From: an uncultured delta proteobacterium
GTDB taxonomy: Bacteria; Desulfobacterota; Desulfobacteria; Desulfobacterales; B30-G6
Direction of reading: 5' to 3'
Assembly: GCA_963842925.1 (NCBI GenBank)
Contig: CAWJIL010000009.1
Location: 6,244-70,243, forward strand
Length of the DNA stretch: 64,000 bases
A model generated the notes under the pieces. It was given only the letters and a program-made list of their open reading frames with translations. It was not told where the DNA came from and made no database searches. The translations under genes were made by a program, and so were the position numbers. Positions 53,048-63,236 of this stretch are shown one piece after another (position 1 is the stretch's first letter; the number at the start of each line of letters is the position of its first letter).

Positions 53048-53088
53048 TATAAAGTCAAACGCCTGCGGCTGCAACCGGAAATTTTTGA

Positions 53089-53113
53089 TTTGCTGTAATT
53101 TGCGGAATGGATG
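53089..53113 (-). promoter_or_regulatory. conserved upstream motif, copy 1
   Basis: tttgctgtaatttgcggaatggatg, compared with tttgctgcaatttgcggaatggatg at 55985-56009. Confidence 0.5.
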
Positions 53114-53260
53114 CAGGCGGTTCAATGTTCATCTTTTCGATTGTCCCATAGCCTCTTGACCACTTGACCCATCTAGTTATATGGTATCGCAAAAAAAGAT
53201 ATCGTATGTATTTCACCATGACCATCGATCAGATGGGGATTCACGTGTAGAGGGAACAGT

Positions 53261-55585
53261 ATGAACGCCGAAGCCTTTGAATACCTTTCCAAGATGCCGC
53301 ATTTCTCTTTTCTCCCGGAGGAGGATATCCGGACAGTTGCTGATAAAGCAACGGTAAAACACCACAGCAAGGGGACTGTTTTTGCCAAACAGGACAAGAG
53401 TGTCGTGGACAGCATTTATGTGGTCACCAACGGTGTTCTCGAACTTTTGGATGAAAAACAGGGCACGCGCATGCATTCCGGTTTGATAGCGGCCGGTGAA
53501 GTGTTCGGCGGTATCAGCATCATGATGAACGGCAGCATTTCCCTACGAACCGTCATCGTCGATGAGGACTGCAGCGGCTATGAGATTCCTGAAGAAACCT
53601 TCCAGGACCTATGCCGTAGGAACAAAGCCTTCTACGAGTATTTTCTTGATAATTTCAGCAGCAATATCATCGACAAATCCATTACCTCACTGATTGAAAC
53701 CGGTCAGTTGAGTATTTTCCTGGCGGGTGTCGATCCATTCTCGTTCCTGCCTGAAGAGGAACTGGTTGAGATCGCGGCCAAGCTTTCTGCTGTTCAATAC
53801 CCGAAGAACACGGTTCTCTTTATCCAGGGAAGGACCCGCATCGGGCATTTATACATTCTCAACAAGGGTTCGGCTGAGCGGTATTACGAGGAAGCCGGCA
53901 AAAAAACCATGTCCTCGGTACTAGGTGAAGGCGACAGTTATGGCGGGATATCGATCCTCTTGAACGACGGTGTTTCGGTACGGACGCTTCAGGTGAAGGA
54001 CACCTCCTATTTCTATCTTCTCCCCAAAGACGTATTTCTGGATATATGTGAGCGGTTTCCGGACTTTTCTGAATTTTATACGGACATTTTCGGCAAGCGT
54101 ATGCTAGAAAAATCATATGCTGCCATCATTGCCAAAACCGCTCAGCCTGGCGAAGAGGGGCTCCAGTTTTTCAACCAGCCCATTTCCAACCTGTATACCA
54201 AAAAGCCCATATTCGGGCATGCTGATCTATCCATCCGTGACGCGGCCAATCTGATGGTGGAATATAAGATCAGTTCCTTGTTCATCAAGGATGACGATGG
54301 CAAGTGCGTGGGCGTACTTACCGAAAAGGATCTGACCCGCAAGGTGATTGTGTTTGACTGGGATGTGGACCGATCGGTGTCCGAAATCATGACATCTCCG
54401 GTGCACACCATTTCGGGCCAGGCATTGATATTCGAAGCCCTGATGGTGATGATGAAGGAGGGGATTCGTCACCTGGCCATCTTGGGCAGTGATGAAAATA
54501 TCGTGGGGATTATCTCCAACCGTGACATTCTGGCAGCACATGGGCAGTCGCCCTTCTTCCTGCTGCGGGAACTGACCAACGCCGACAGCATGAAGGAGAT
54601 CATCGACTGTCACAACAAACTGCCCCAACAGGTCCGGACCCTGATCAACGGCGGTGCCCAGGCCAAAAACCTGACCCGCTTCATCACCACCTTATCAGAC
54701 ACCATCCTGAAGAAATTGATCGAGTTTACGCTCAATGAGTTGGGCCCCCCGCCGGCAAAGTTCGTGTTCATGATTCTGGGAAGTGAGGGTCGCAACGAAC
54801 AGACGCTCAAGACCGATCAGGACAATGCCATTATCTTTGAAGATGTGCCCGAAGGAGAACTGGAAAAGGCCATGGCCTATTTTCTGATTTTTGGCGAAAA
54901 GGTCTGCGGCCTGCTGGATGAAGCCGGGTATGCGTTTTGCACCGGCAATATCATGGCCAAGAATCCCAAGTGGTGTCAGCCCTTATCCCAGTGGAAATCC
55001 TATTTTTCCGGATGGATCCATGCCGCCGGTGCTGATGACCTACTCCAAGCCACCATCTTTTTCGATTTTCGGCCTGGCTACGGAGACACTGGACTGATCA
55101 ACAGTCTCAGAGAATTCCTTTTTGAAACCCTGGATGGCTGGTCCGGGTTTTTTACACCGTTTTCGGAAAATGCCCTGCGCCTCAGGCCGCCCATCGGCTT
55201 CTTCAGGAATTTCTTGGTGGCGACCAAGGGCAAGCACAAGGACACCTTTGATATCAAGAGCGCCATGACCCCCATCGTGGACTTTGCCCGGATCTACGCC
55301 CTGAAAAACCGAATAGCCGAAACCAACACCCTCGAACGTCTGGAACAACTACGCATCAAGCAGGTGTTGAAGCAGCCGCAATATGAAGAACTTGAAAAAG
55401 CCTACAGTTTTCTCCTGCAGATCCGTTTCGTCCGTCAGGTCAAGGCAATGATGGATGAAAAGGGCAAACCGGACAATTACGTCAATCCCAAAAAACTGAC
55501 CCGCATCGAGCAGAAAATGCTCAAGGAGATCTTCACCCGCGTGGAGAAGTTCCAAACCCGACTGGAGGTCGATTTTATCGGCTAA
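53261..55585 (+). CDS. 2x cNMP-binding - CBS pair - DUF294 nucleotidyltransferase - DUF294_C protein
   Basis: Two cyclic-nucleotide-binding-like modules (GEVFGGISIMM; GDSYGGISILL), a CBS pair, the NTase motif LGSEGRNEQTLKTDQDN, and a helical C-terminal domain. Confidence 0.8.
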   Translation: MNAEAFEYLSKMPHFSFLPEEDIRTVADKATVKHHSKGTVFAKQDKSVVDSIYVVTNGVLELLDEKQGTRMHSGLIAAGEVFGGISIMMNGSISLRTVIVDEDCSGYEIPEETFQDLCRRNKAFYEYFLDNFSSNIIDKSITSLIETGQLSIFLAGVDPFSFLPEEELVEIAAKLSAVQYPKNTVLFIQGRTRIGHLYILNKGSAERYYEEAGKKTMSSVLGEGDSYGGISILLNDGVSVRTLQVKDTSYFYLLPKDVFLDICERFPDFSEFYTDIFGKRMLEKSYAAIIAKTAQPGEEGLQFFNQPISNLYTKKPIFGHADLSIRDAANLMVEYKISSLFIKDDDGKCVGVLTEKDLTRKVIVFDWDVDRSVSEIMTSPVHTISGQALIFEALMVMMKEGIRHLAILGSDENIVGIISNRDILAAHGQSPFFLLRELTNADSMKEIIDCHNKLPQQVRTLINGGAQAKNLTRFITTLSDTILKKLIEFTLNELGPPPAKFVFMILGSEGRNEQTLKTDQDNAIIFEDVPEGELEKAMAYFLIFGEKVCGLLDEAGYAFCTGNIMAKNPKWCQPLSQWKSYFSGWIHAAGADDLLQATIFFDFRPGYGDTGLINSLREFLFETLDGWSGFFTPFSENALRLRPPIGFFRNFLVATKGKHKDTFDIKSAMTPIVDFARIYALKNRIAETNTLERLEQLRIKQVLKQPQYEELEKAYSFLLQIRFVRQVKAMMDEKGKPDNYVNPKKLTRIEQKMLKEIFTRVEKFQTRLEVDFIG

Positions 55586-55943
55586 GAAGCCTTTGGACGC
55601 ATTCCACGATCTGTTTGTTTAAAAAGGGTTTGGTGATGTATTCATCCGCCCCCAGAACCATTCCCTTGGCAATATCAACTTCACGCCCTTTGGCGGTCAA
55701 GAAGATTATTTTAATGTGCTTCCACTCGGGTTTGAGTTTGACGATCTCGCAAACCTCAAATCCGTCGATGCCCGGCAGCATGATATCCAGCAAAATTAGA
55801 TCGGGGTTTTCCTTGGATATGGCTTCCAAAGCTTCCTCCCCGCTTTGGGCCACAGCGGTATCATAACCGTTCCTTTCCATCAGGAACTGCAGGGGCACAA
55901 CGATATTGGGTTCGTCATCGACGATGAGAATTTTCCGGGTCAT
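55575..55943 (-). CDS. single-domain response regulator (CheY-like receiver)
   Basis: KILIVDDEP, LILLDIMLPGIDG and FLTAKG motifs. ATG at 55943 is preferred over the GTG at 55961. Confidence 0.85.
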   Translation of the reverse strand: MTRKILIVDDEPNIVVPLQFLMERNGYDTAVAQSGEEALEAISKENPDLILLDIMLPGIDGFEVCEIVKLKPEWKHIKIIFLTAKGREVDIAKGMVLGADEYITKPFLNKQIVECVQRLLSR

Positions 55944-55984
55944 TATGAAGTCAAACACCACCGGCGTCTGCCGAAGAATTTAGG

Positions 55985-56009
55985 TTTGCTGCAATTTGCG
56001 GAATGGATG
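55985..56009 (-). promoter_or_regulatory. conserved upstream motif, copy 2
   Basis: See 53089-53113. Lies 42-67 nt upstream of the receiver ATG. Confidence 0.5.
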
Positions 56010-56020
56010 TGGTTTGCTTG

Positions 56021-56054
56021 TATCCGCCGGCCCGACGAATCAGGCCGGCGGATA
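56021..56054. terminator. GC-rich 12-bp hairpin downstream of the symporter gene
   Basis: tatccgccggcc-cgacgaatca-ggccggcggata. No clear U-tract. Confidence 0.45.
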
Positions 56055-56082
56055 ATGGCTTAGGTGTTAAACGACCCTGTGC

Positions 56083-57837
56083 TTACCCTTTTATAGGCAC
56101 CCGAATCTCTTCCACGAGAGCCTGAATATGCTCGGGTGGTTCTGCGGTACTGCGAGCCACAACCCAGGCCACCGCAAAATTGATCAAAGCACCGATAAAG
56201 CCGAAAGACTGGGGTCCGATACCAAGAAACCAGTGTTCCGCAGTGTCCGGCAGCATGGCTGTCGATTTAATGAAGAACCAGCCCTTAAAGACGAAAATAT
56301 AGACCAGGGTGGTTCCCAGACCGGCCAACATGCCGGCAATGGCGCCCTTGTCATTCATCCTTTTGTTGAAGATACCCATCATAATGGCCGGGAAGATGGA
56401 AGAGGCGGCCAGACCAAAAGCCAGCGCCACCACCTGGGCGGCAAAACCCGGCGGGTTCAAACCAAGATAACCAGCCACGAGAATGGCGCCACCAATAGCG
56501 ATCCGGCTGAAGAGCAGCTCTTTTTTATCATCGATGTCCGGCATCAGCCAGCCTTTGAGCACGTCATGGGAAACAGCCGTGGCAATAGCCAGCAGCAGAC
56601 CGGCTGCCGTGGAAAGCGCCGCGGCAATACCACCGGCAGTTACCAGGGCAATTACCCAGAAAGGCAGATTGGCGATTTCCGGGTTGGCCAAAACCATGAT
56701 GTCCCGGTCAACCTTGGTCATTTCATTGCCTTTCCAGCCGTAGTCTGCGGCATTTTTCAAGCCCTTTTCATCATAGTACTGGATCTTGCCGTCATTGTTC
56801 TTGTCTTCAAACTTCAAAAGGCCGGTTTTTTCCCAGCTCGTAAACCAGTCAGGTACATCGGCGTATGCGATATTGGCCTCGGCACTTCCGACAGCACCAT
56901 GCTGAATGGTCTGCATCAGGTTCATACGTGCCATGGCGCCCACTGCCGGGGCCGTGGTGTAGAGAATGGCGATAAACACCAGTGCCCATCCTGCGGATGA
57001 ACGCGCATCCTTGACTTTGGGTACGGTGAAGAAGCGCATGATAACGTGCGGAAGGCCAGCCGTGCCGATCATCAACGACATGGTTAGACAGAAGATGTTG
57101 ATCGTGGACATCTTCTGGGCCGTGTAGGCTGCAAAGCCTAGCTCCACCAATATCGTATCCAGTTTGTCCAGCAGGTAAACACCGCTGCCGTCTGCCAGCA
57201 TCGCACCTAATCCCAACTGGGGAATGGGAATACCGGTAAGGGTCAGGGAAATGAAGATGGCCGGTACGGTGTATGCAAAAATCAGCACACAGTACTGGGC
57301 GATCTGGGTGTTGGTAATCCCCTTCATACCGCCAAACACCGCATAGATGAAAACAATGACCATGCCAATTCCGATTCCGAGTTCAAAGGAGACACCCAGG
57401 GACCGGGAAAACACGACACCGATGCCTTTCATCTGGCCGATAACGTAGGTTACCGAGGCCACCACCAGGCAAAGCACCGCCACCATCCTGGCCGTGTTGG
57501 AATAAAATCGTTCACCGATAAATTCGGAGACGGTGAATTTTCCGAATTTTCTTAAATAGGGTGCCAGAAGCATGGCCAGCAAACAATAACCGCCGGTCCA
57601 GCCCATGAGGTAGACAGACGCATCATAGCCCAGGAAGGCAATCAGGCCAGCCATGGAAATAAACGATGCAGCCGACATCCAGTCCGCACCAGTGGCCATC
57701 CCGTTGAGCACCGGATGAACGCCCTTGCTGGCAACATAGAAGTCACTGGTGGTTCTGGCCTTCGACCGAATCGCAATATAAATGTACAGGGCAAAGGACG
57801 CCCCTACAACCAACAATGTCCAAGTCTTGAGTCCCAT
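56083..57837 (-). CDS. sodium:solute symporter (subfamily paired with a DUF4212 subunit; probable acetate/monocarboxylate uptake)
   Basis: ~13 hydrophobic helices of SSF type. Immediately downstream of the DUF4212 ORF and acs. Confidence 0.8.
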   Translation of the reverse strand: MGLKTWTLLVVGASFALYIYIAIRSKARTTSDFYVASKGVHPVLNGMATGADWMSAASFISMAGLIAFLGYDASVYLMGWTGGYCLLAMLLAPYLRKFGKFTVSEFIGERFYSNTARMVAVLCLVVASVTYVIGQMKGIGVVFSRSLGVSFELGIGIGMVIVFIYAVFGGMKGITNTQIAQYCVLIFAYTVPAIFISLTLTGIPIPQLGLGAMLADGSGVYLLDKLDTILVELGFAAYTAQKMSTINIFCLTMSLMIGTAGLPHVIMRFFTVPKVKDARSSAGWALVFIAILYTTAPAVGAMARMNLMQTIQHGAVGSAEANIAYADVPDWFTSWEKTGLLKFEDKNNDGKIQYYDEKGLKNAADYGWKGNEMTKVDRDIMVLANPEIANLPFWVIALVTAGGIAAALSTAAGLLLAIATAVSHDVLKGWLMPDIDDKKELLFSRIAIGGAILVAGYLGLNPPGFAAQVVALAFGLAASSIFPAIMMGIFNKRMNDKGAIAGMLAGLGTTLVYIFVFKGWFFIKSTAMLPDTAEHWFLGIGPQSFGFIGALINFAVAWVVARSTAEPPEHIQALVEEIRVPIKG

Positions 57838-57850
57838 AATTTATCTCCTT

Positions 57851-58108
57851 TTATTCTTCTTCGACGCCAAATTCTTTGTCAAGTTTGCCCACCAAGTGTG
57901 CATAAATGAAGATTAATGCCACGAAGATATACATGGACCCTTGTTGTGCGAACCAGAATCCGAGTTTGTATCCACCGATTTTAATAGCATTCAGGGGATG
58001 AACCAGAATGATTCCAAACCCGAAAGAAACCACGAACCAAACGATTAGGCATATGATTACCAGCTTTAAATTCCTCCGCCAGTATTCCGCCCGTGAATTA
58101 TCTGCCAT
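57851..58108 (-). CDS. DUF4212-type small subunit of the solute:sodium symporter
   Basis: 85 aa with two TM helices, starting ...YWRRNLKL. 13-nt gap to the symporter gene. Confidence 0.7.
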   Translation of the reverse strand: MADNSRAEYWRRNLKLVIICLIVWFVVSFGFGIILVHPLNAIKIGGYKLGFWFAQQGSMYIFVALIFIYAHLVGKLDKEFGVEEE

Positions 58109-58237
58109 AGACCTTTCCTCCTTTTCAATGGGTTAATAAATAACGTCCGTTATTAAAAATGGAGCTTGCTTTCTCCAAGTAATGCCTGCATTTTGCACGG
58201 TTATTAGAAAAGATTCAGGGCTTACACGATTACGCAC

Positions 58238-60271
58238 TCATGATTGAACCATTTTCTTGATGGATTCAACGATCTCGGGGTTGGCCAGGGTGCTGACATC
58301 GCCTTCATCAACATTGTTGGAGATGGCTCCCAGAACACGTCGCATAATCTTGCCGGATCGTGTCTTGGGCATGTCGGCAACGATCCAAACCTTTCTCGGC
58401 TTGGCAATCTTGCCGATCTCAGTGCTTATGGCATCTGATATTTTTTGTGCCAGTTCTGGGCTGGCCTCGATACCCGGCTTTAACGCGATATAGAGATCCG
58501 GTTCTTTGCCTTTGATGTCATGATTCACCGGAACAACCGCCGCCTCCGCCACTTCTACCGCCGTCATGGCGGCCGATTCGATTTCCTTGGTGCCCAGTCG
58601 GTGACCGGACACATTGATCACATCGTCGATTCGACCGAGAATACGGAAATAGCCGTCCTCTGACTCAACGGCCGCATCACCCGTGAGGTATGGCCAATCC
58701 TGCCAGCGCTTGCTCTTGGGATCTTTACAGTACCGGGCGTAATAGGTGTCCACAAAGCGGTCGCGATCCCCCCAGATGGTCTGAAAACCACCCGGCCATG
58801 GGTTCTGAATGCAGATATTGCCGGCTTTGCCGGCTCCCTGGGGCAGGGTCTCGCCTTCATCATCCAAGATGATGGGGTGAATACCGGGCATACCGGGTCC
58901 GGCACTGCCTGGCTTCATGGGTGTGATACCGGGCAGCGTACTGCACAGGAATCCGCCGGTCTCGGTCTGCCACCAGGTATCCACGATGATGGCTTCTCCC
59001 TTGCCCACCACTTCGTGATACCATTTCCACACTTCCGGCTCGATGGGCTCACCCACTGTGGTCATGTGTTTGAAGTGGTAGGTGTATTTGGCAGGCTCTT
59101 CCGGTCCTAATTTCCTCAATGCGCGGATGGCTGTTGGTGCGGTGTGAAAAATATTCACATCCAGATCCTGAGCAATTCGCCAGGCCCGACCGGCATCCGG
59201 AAATGTGGGGACACCTTCATACACGACCGTAGAGGCGCAGATGGACAGCGGCCCGTAGACAATGTAGGAATGTCCTGTAATCCAGCCGATATCGGCCATG
59301 CACCAGTAGACATCTTCGGGATGAATATCCTGCACGTATTTACATGTACCGGCAACATAGGCCAGGTAACCGCCTGTACCGTGCTGGCATCCCTTGGGTT
59401 TACCCGTGGTACCACTGGTATACATGAGAAATAGCGGTGCTTCCGCCGGCATGGGAACCGGGTCGACCCTGGCCCCATAAAAGTCTTTTAAAAGATCGTT
59501 TACAAAGAAATCCCGCCCTTCTTTCATGGGTGTCGGAGCGGAGGCTTTGCCTGGATACCGTTGCCAGACCAGGACCTTGTCGACCTTCTGGCCATCTTTC
59601 TCGGCCAGGTCGCAGGCAATATCAGCATTCTGCTTATGATCCAGCAGCGTACCACTTCTGTAATACGCATCGGCGGTAATCAATACCCGGCTGTTCGAGT
59701 CTACGATGCGATCGGCGCAGGCCCGGCCGCTGAACCCGCCAAATACCTGTGAATGGATAACACCCAAACGGGCACAAGCCAGCATGGTGATGGGAAGTTC
59801 TGCCAGCATGGGCATGTGCAATGTAACGCGGTCTCCGGCTTTTAGACCGGCAAAATCTCTTAAAAGGGCTGCAAATTCATTTACCCTGACATAAAGTTCC
59901 TGATAGGTTAGGTGTTCATATTTCTCATCCAGTGGTTCAGGGACAAAGTGTATGGCTGTCTTGTTCTTGTTTTTGGCAAGGTGCCTGTCGACACAATTGT
60001 AACTTGCGTTGATCTTTCCCCCCACAAACCATTTCCAGCATGGTGCATCACTGGTGTCCAGTGTGGTGTCCCAGTATTGATACCAGTCCAGCAGGTCTGC
60101 ATACTCTTTAAAGCAATTCGGAAAATTATCCAGAGAAAAGCGATCATAGACAGCAGGATCGGTCATGTTGGCCTGGGCCACAAATTGATAAGATGGATAA
60201 TAGTAGTCCTCCTCACCCCAGTGAACCGCAATCTGCGCTTCCGATGTTTCAACAACTTCTTTTTCCGCCAT
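58238..60271 (-). CDS. acs: acetyl-CoA synthetase (acetate--CoA ligase, AMP-forming)
   Basis: YTSGTTGKPKG and YLTGD motifs, with C-terminal PKTRSGKIMRR containing the regulatory Lys context. Confidence 0.92.
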   Translation of the reverse strand: MAEKEVVETSEAQIAVHWGEEDYYYPSYQFVAQANMTDPAVYDRFSLDNFPNCFKEYADLLDWYQYWDTTLDTSDAPCWKWFVGGKINASYNCVDRHLAKNKNKTAIHFVPEPLDEKYEHLTYQELYVRVNEFAALLRDFAGLKAGDRVTLHMPMLAELPITMLACARLGVIHSQVFGGFSGRACADRIVDSNSRVLITADAYYRSGTLLDHKQNADIACDLAEKDGQKVDKVLVWQRYPGKASAPTPMKEGRDFFVNDLLKDFYGARVDPVPMPAEAPLFLMYTSGTTGKPKGCQHGTGGYLAYVAGTCKYVQDIHPEDVYWCMADIGWITGHSYIVYGPLSICASTVVYEGVPTFPDAGRAWRIAQDLDVNIFHTAPTAIRALRKLGPEEPAKYTYHFKHMTTVGEPIEPEVWKWYHEVVGKGEAIIVDTWWQTETGGFLCSTLPGITPMKPGSAGPGMPGIHPIILDDEGETLPQGAGKAGNICIQNPWPGGFQTIWGDRDRFVDTYYARYCKDPKSKRWQDWPYLTGDAAVESEDGYFRILGRIDDVINVSGHRLGTKEIESAAMTAVEVAEAAVVPVNHDIKGKEPDLYIALKPGIEASPELAQKISDAISTEIGKIAKPRKVWIVADMPKTRSGKIMRRVLGAISNNVDEGDVSTLANPEIVESIKKMVQS

Positions 60272-60440
60272 TTATAGCCCTCCTTCATTTAAGACCTCGT
60301 AAAAAATTAAACAGTCTTTTTACGGGTGTTTTAGGTTTGAAGTGTTAGGTTTCAGGTCATTAAATATTTCGATACAGCCTTATCATAAAACCTGAGAGCA
60401 ACACTGAAACCAACCAACTTCGATTTTTTATTCGAAATCA

Positions 60441-61124
60441 TCATCCGTGACGCTTCCGTGTTTTGGGTTTTTTTGGGCTTTTACTTTTTATGGGGTGTTT
60501 CTTGATGCCATTGTCAAATATTTCAAAGGCTATCTCAAGCGTTTCCCTGAGATAATCCTTATCTTCGTTGATAATACTTTTGCTTGTTTCCCAAAGAATC
60601 ACACCGGAAAACAGAGCCCAGAAAGTGTCGGCAATGGCCATGGGGTGTTTGTCGATAAAAACACCTTGTTGAACCCCTTCCTGGAACAGTTTGGCCATTT
60701 CTGAAAGCGATCGTTTGGATAGATTTTTTATCTCTGACAGTAACTCAGGCGTCAAATTTTTTAAGGTATCGCTGGATTGCAGATGGAACATATTAATAAG
60801 GATCATGGGGTCGAATTCGTACACGTCAAACATGGCTTCTTTGAGACCCGATATCCGCGATTCAATGTCTGAATGTGCATCACTGTTGAGATGTTCCAGA
60901 CGTATCAGCAAATAGTGCAGGATTCTGAGAGACAGTGATGCATACAATTCGTCTTTGTTCTTGAAATAGAGGTACAGGGTTCCCGGGCTTAACTCTGCCT
61001 CATGGGCGATGTCTTCCATGGTGGCTTTAGTGAAGCCTTTCTCAGAAAATACACGTTTAGCTGCCACGATGATCTGTTGGCGTCTTCGCTCACGTTCTCT
61101 TTCCTTGCGTTCATGTATTCCCAT
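60441..61124 (-). CDS. TetR-family transcriptional regulator
   Basis: HTH segment [29 protein letters not shown]. Confidence 0.85.
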   Translation of the reverse strand: MGIHERKERERERRRQQIIVAAKRVFSEKGFTKATMEDIAHEAELSPGTLYLYFKNKDELYASLSLRILHYLLIRLEHLNSDAHSDIESRISGLKEAMFDVYEFDPMILINMFHLQSSDTLKNLTPELLSEIKNLSKRSLSEMAKLFQEGVQQGVFIDKHPMAIADTFWALFSGVILWETSKSIINEDKDYLRETLEIAFEIFDNGIKKHPIKSKSPKKPKTRKRHG

Positions 61125-61257
61125 ATTTAATGAACCTTATTTATTTCTTAAAAAGTCGTATAATCTTTATATTGTATTTGTCAAGTAAAATATGTTCACT
61201 AATAAAATTGTTCTACGATTTTTTATGGTCTGGCCATATTGCTGGTCTGTGCGAGGA

Positions 61258-61365
61258 GATATATCAGAAGACAGAATACAGAAGACAGTCTGCATAAAAC
61301 TGAATACAAAAGGCGGTAAAACGCATTCTGTATTCAGTATTCTGTCTTCTGTATCCTATCTCTTC
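61258..61365. repeat. RepB-like word hairpin
   Basis: cagaagacagaatacagaagacag ... ctgtattcagtattctgtcttctgtatcc. Confidence 0.75.
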
Positions 61366-61371
61366 AAATGG

Positions 61372-62331
61372 TCAGGGAGATTTGAAAATATTTTTAAGGT
61401 GGGGATTGATGAGGGCTTTGTTAAGAATGTCAATCTGCCCTTTTAATTCAGTCTCGTTCTTAAAAGACATTCGCAGTTTCAGTGACGTCCCCTCGAAATA
61501 CTCAGGAGGAAGGAGGCTGATTTTGCCACCCAGATTAAGCTGCCGCAGGTTACCTTGGAATGATTCTTCAGCACGTGAAAGATTTGGGAAACGCCGCCTA
61601 CGCAATTTCGATCTTACAAGCCTGGTTTTCTGGAGATTGTCCAGGTCCTTGTCATCCAGCACTTCCTGAACACCTTCGGAAAGGAGTATCTCCTGGGTGC
61701 CTTGTTTTTCACGATGGGCGATTTCCTTGAGGTGGGAGCAGATTTCCTTCTGCTTGTTCTGGTTCAACTTCAGTTCCATGAAAATCCGGGCCATTAAAAT
61801 CGCCGCAGACACTTCAAATTGATGGAGTTCGGCAGCCATGTTCAGAGATATTCTGTTCTGGTAAATTCCCGTCTGAATCAGATGGGGGAGTTGAGAAATC
61901 CCCAGGATTTTTTCAATGTGATGGTGGTTTTCGGGCAAGCCAAGGCTTTTGGCTTCTTTGAAAAAACATTGCCGGTCCTCGACATGGGCTTCCAGCAATG
62001 TCAGGGCTCGGGAAATCTCTAGTAGGTCAAGTTTCCTTTGTGAGAGGTTGTCGGCAATAGCGATCCGGATGCATTCGAGGGCTAAACTTTCTTCCGGCAT
62101 CACTCGGGCGGGAATTTGCCTTTGGTTCAGCTGCTGCATGGCGGCAATACGACGAAACCCTGCAACAATCATGTACCGGTGCTGCTTTTTAACAAGAACA
62201 GGCGGGTTGATGAGTCCAACATGCTGTATGGAATCAGCAAGATCTTCCACGGCCTCAGACGTGGTAATTCTGTAGGTGTCGTCTTCCTGGTTAATGACGG
62301 TCAGATCCAGAACCGTCACGCTATAGGACAT
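61372..62331 (-). CDS. ParB/Srx N-terminal-domain protein with an uncharacterised helical C-terminus
   Basis: GLINPPVLV...[12 protein letters not shown] (ParB GxxR box). 11-nt overlap with the purC stop. Confidence 0.7.
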   Translation of the reverse strand: MSYSVTVLDLTVINQEDDTYRITTSEAVEDLADSIQHVGLINPPVLVKKQHRYMIVAGFRRIAAMQQLNQRQIPARVMPEESLALECIRIAIADNLSQRKLDLLEISRALTLLEAHVEDRQCFFKEAKSLGLPENHHHIEKILGISQLPHLIQTGIYQNRISLNMAAELHQFEVSAAILMARIFMELKLNQNKQKEICSHLKEIAHREKQGTQEILLSEGVQEVLDDKDLDNLQKTRLVRSKLRRRRFPNLSRAEESFQGNLRQLNLGGKISLLPPEYFEGTSLKLRMSFKNETELKGQIDILNKALINPHLKNIFKSP

Positions 62332-63235
62332 CGTCTCTACCCGTTAACTGGGTTAAGGCCTCCTTGTATTTCTGGTAGGTTTTCTGGACAACGGTTTCCG
62401 GAAGTGGGGGCGGAGGCGGCTCTTTGTTCCATTCGATGTCGCTCAGGTAGTCTCTCAGGTATTGTTTATCAAAGCTTTTTTGGGGACCGCCCGGGGCATA
62501 GGTCTCCTTGGGCCAGAATCTGGAGGAATCCGGCGTTAGAACTTCATCGATGAGGATGATTTCATTGTCTATTATTCCAAATTCAAACTTCGTGTCGGCG
62601 ATAATGATACCTTTTTTATCTGAGATTTCAGCACCCTTGTTATAGATTGAAAGACTGAGGCGTTTAACTTCCTCGGCAATTTCTTTTCCAACCATCCGAG
62701 CGGCTTCATCAAAATCGATATTGATGTCATGGAGTCCGATCTCCGCTTTGGTGGATGGTGTAAATATGGGCTCGGGAAGCTTGTCGGATTCCCTGAGTCC
62801 ATCGGCTAGGCCGATACCGCAAACACTGCTGGATTTCTGGTAAGATTTCCAGCCAGACCCGGAAATATAGCCCCTGACAACACATTCAATGGACAGGGGT
62901 TCTGTTTTCCGAACCAGCATGCTCCTGCCCTGTAGTTTTTCAGCATAGGGTCTGCAGACAGCAGGGTATTCAGCGACATTGCTTGAAATAACATGATTGG
63001 GCACCAGGGTCTTCATGGCCTCAAACCAGAACAGGGATATCTGGGTCAAAATAATGCCTTTCCCAGGGACCGGATCGTTCATGATAACATCAAATGCGGA
63101 AATCCTGTCGGTTGCAACCATCAACAAGGCATCGTCCAGATCATAGACATCACGCACCTTACCCCTTTTCAGCAGTTTCAAATCTTTAAAGTCCGTTTCC
63201 AGAACATGTTGACTCATGATCACAATACCTTTCAA
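62321..63235 (-). CDS. purC: phosphoribosylaminoimidazole-succinocarboxamide synthase
   Basis: [16 protein letters not shown] and ADTKFEFG motifs. The start may be the Met at 63214. Confidence 0.9.
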   Translation of the reverse strand: MKGIVIMSQHVLETDFKDLKLLKRGKVRDVYDLDDALLMVATDRISAFDVIMNDPVPGKGIILTQISLFWFEAMKTLVPNHVISSNVAEYPAVCRPYAEKLQGRSMLVRKTEPLSIECVVRGYISGSGWKSYQKSSSVCGIGLADGLRESDKLPEPIFTPSTKAEIGLHDINIDFDEAARMVGKEIAEEVKRLSLSIYNKGAEISDKKGIIIADTKFEFGIIDNEIILIDEVLTPDSSRFWPKETYAPGGPQKSFDKQYLRDYLSDIEWNKEPPPPPLPETVVQKTYQKYKEALTQLTGRDDVL

Positions 63236-63236
63236 T

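Noticed and set aside
58164-58179. Sigma54-like -24/-12 element (cttggagaaagcaagc on the coding strand) upstream of the DUF4212/symporter genes
   Set aside because: The GG to GC spacing is one nucleotide short of the consensus and the flanking bases do not match TGGCAC/TTGCW.
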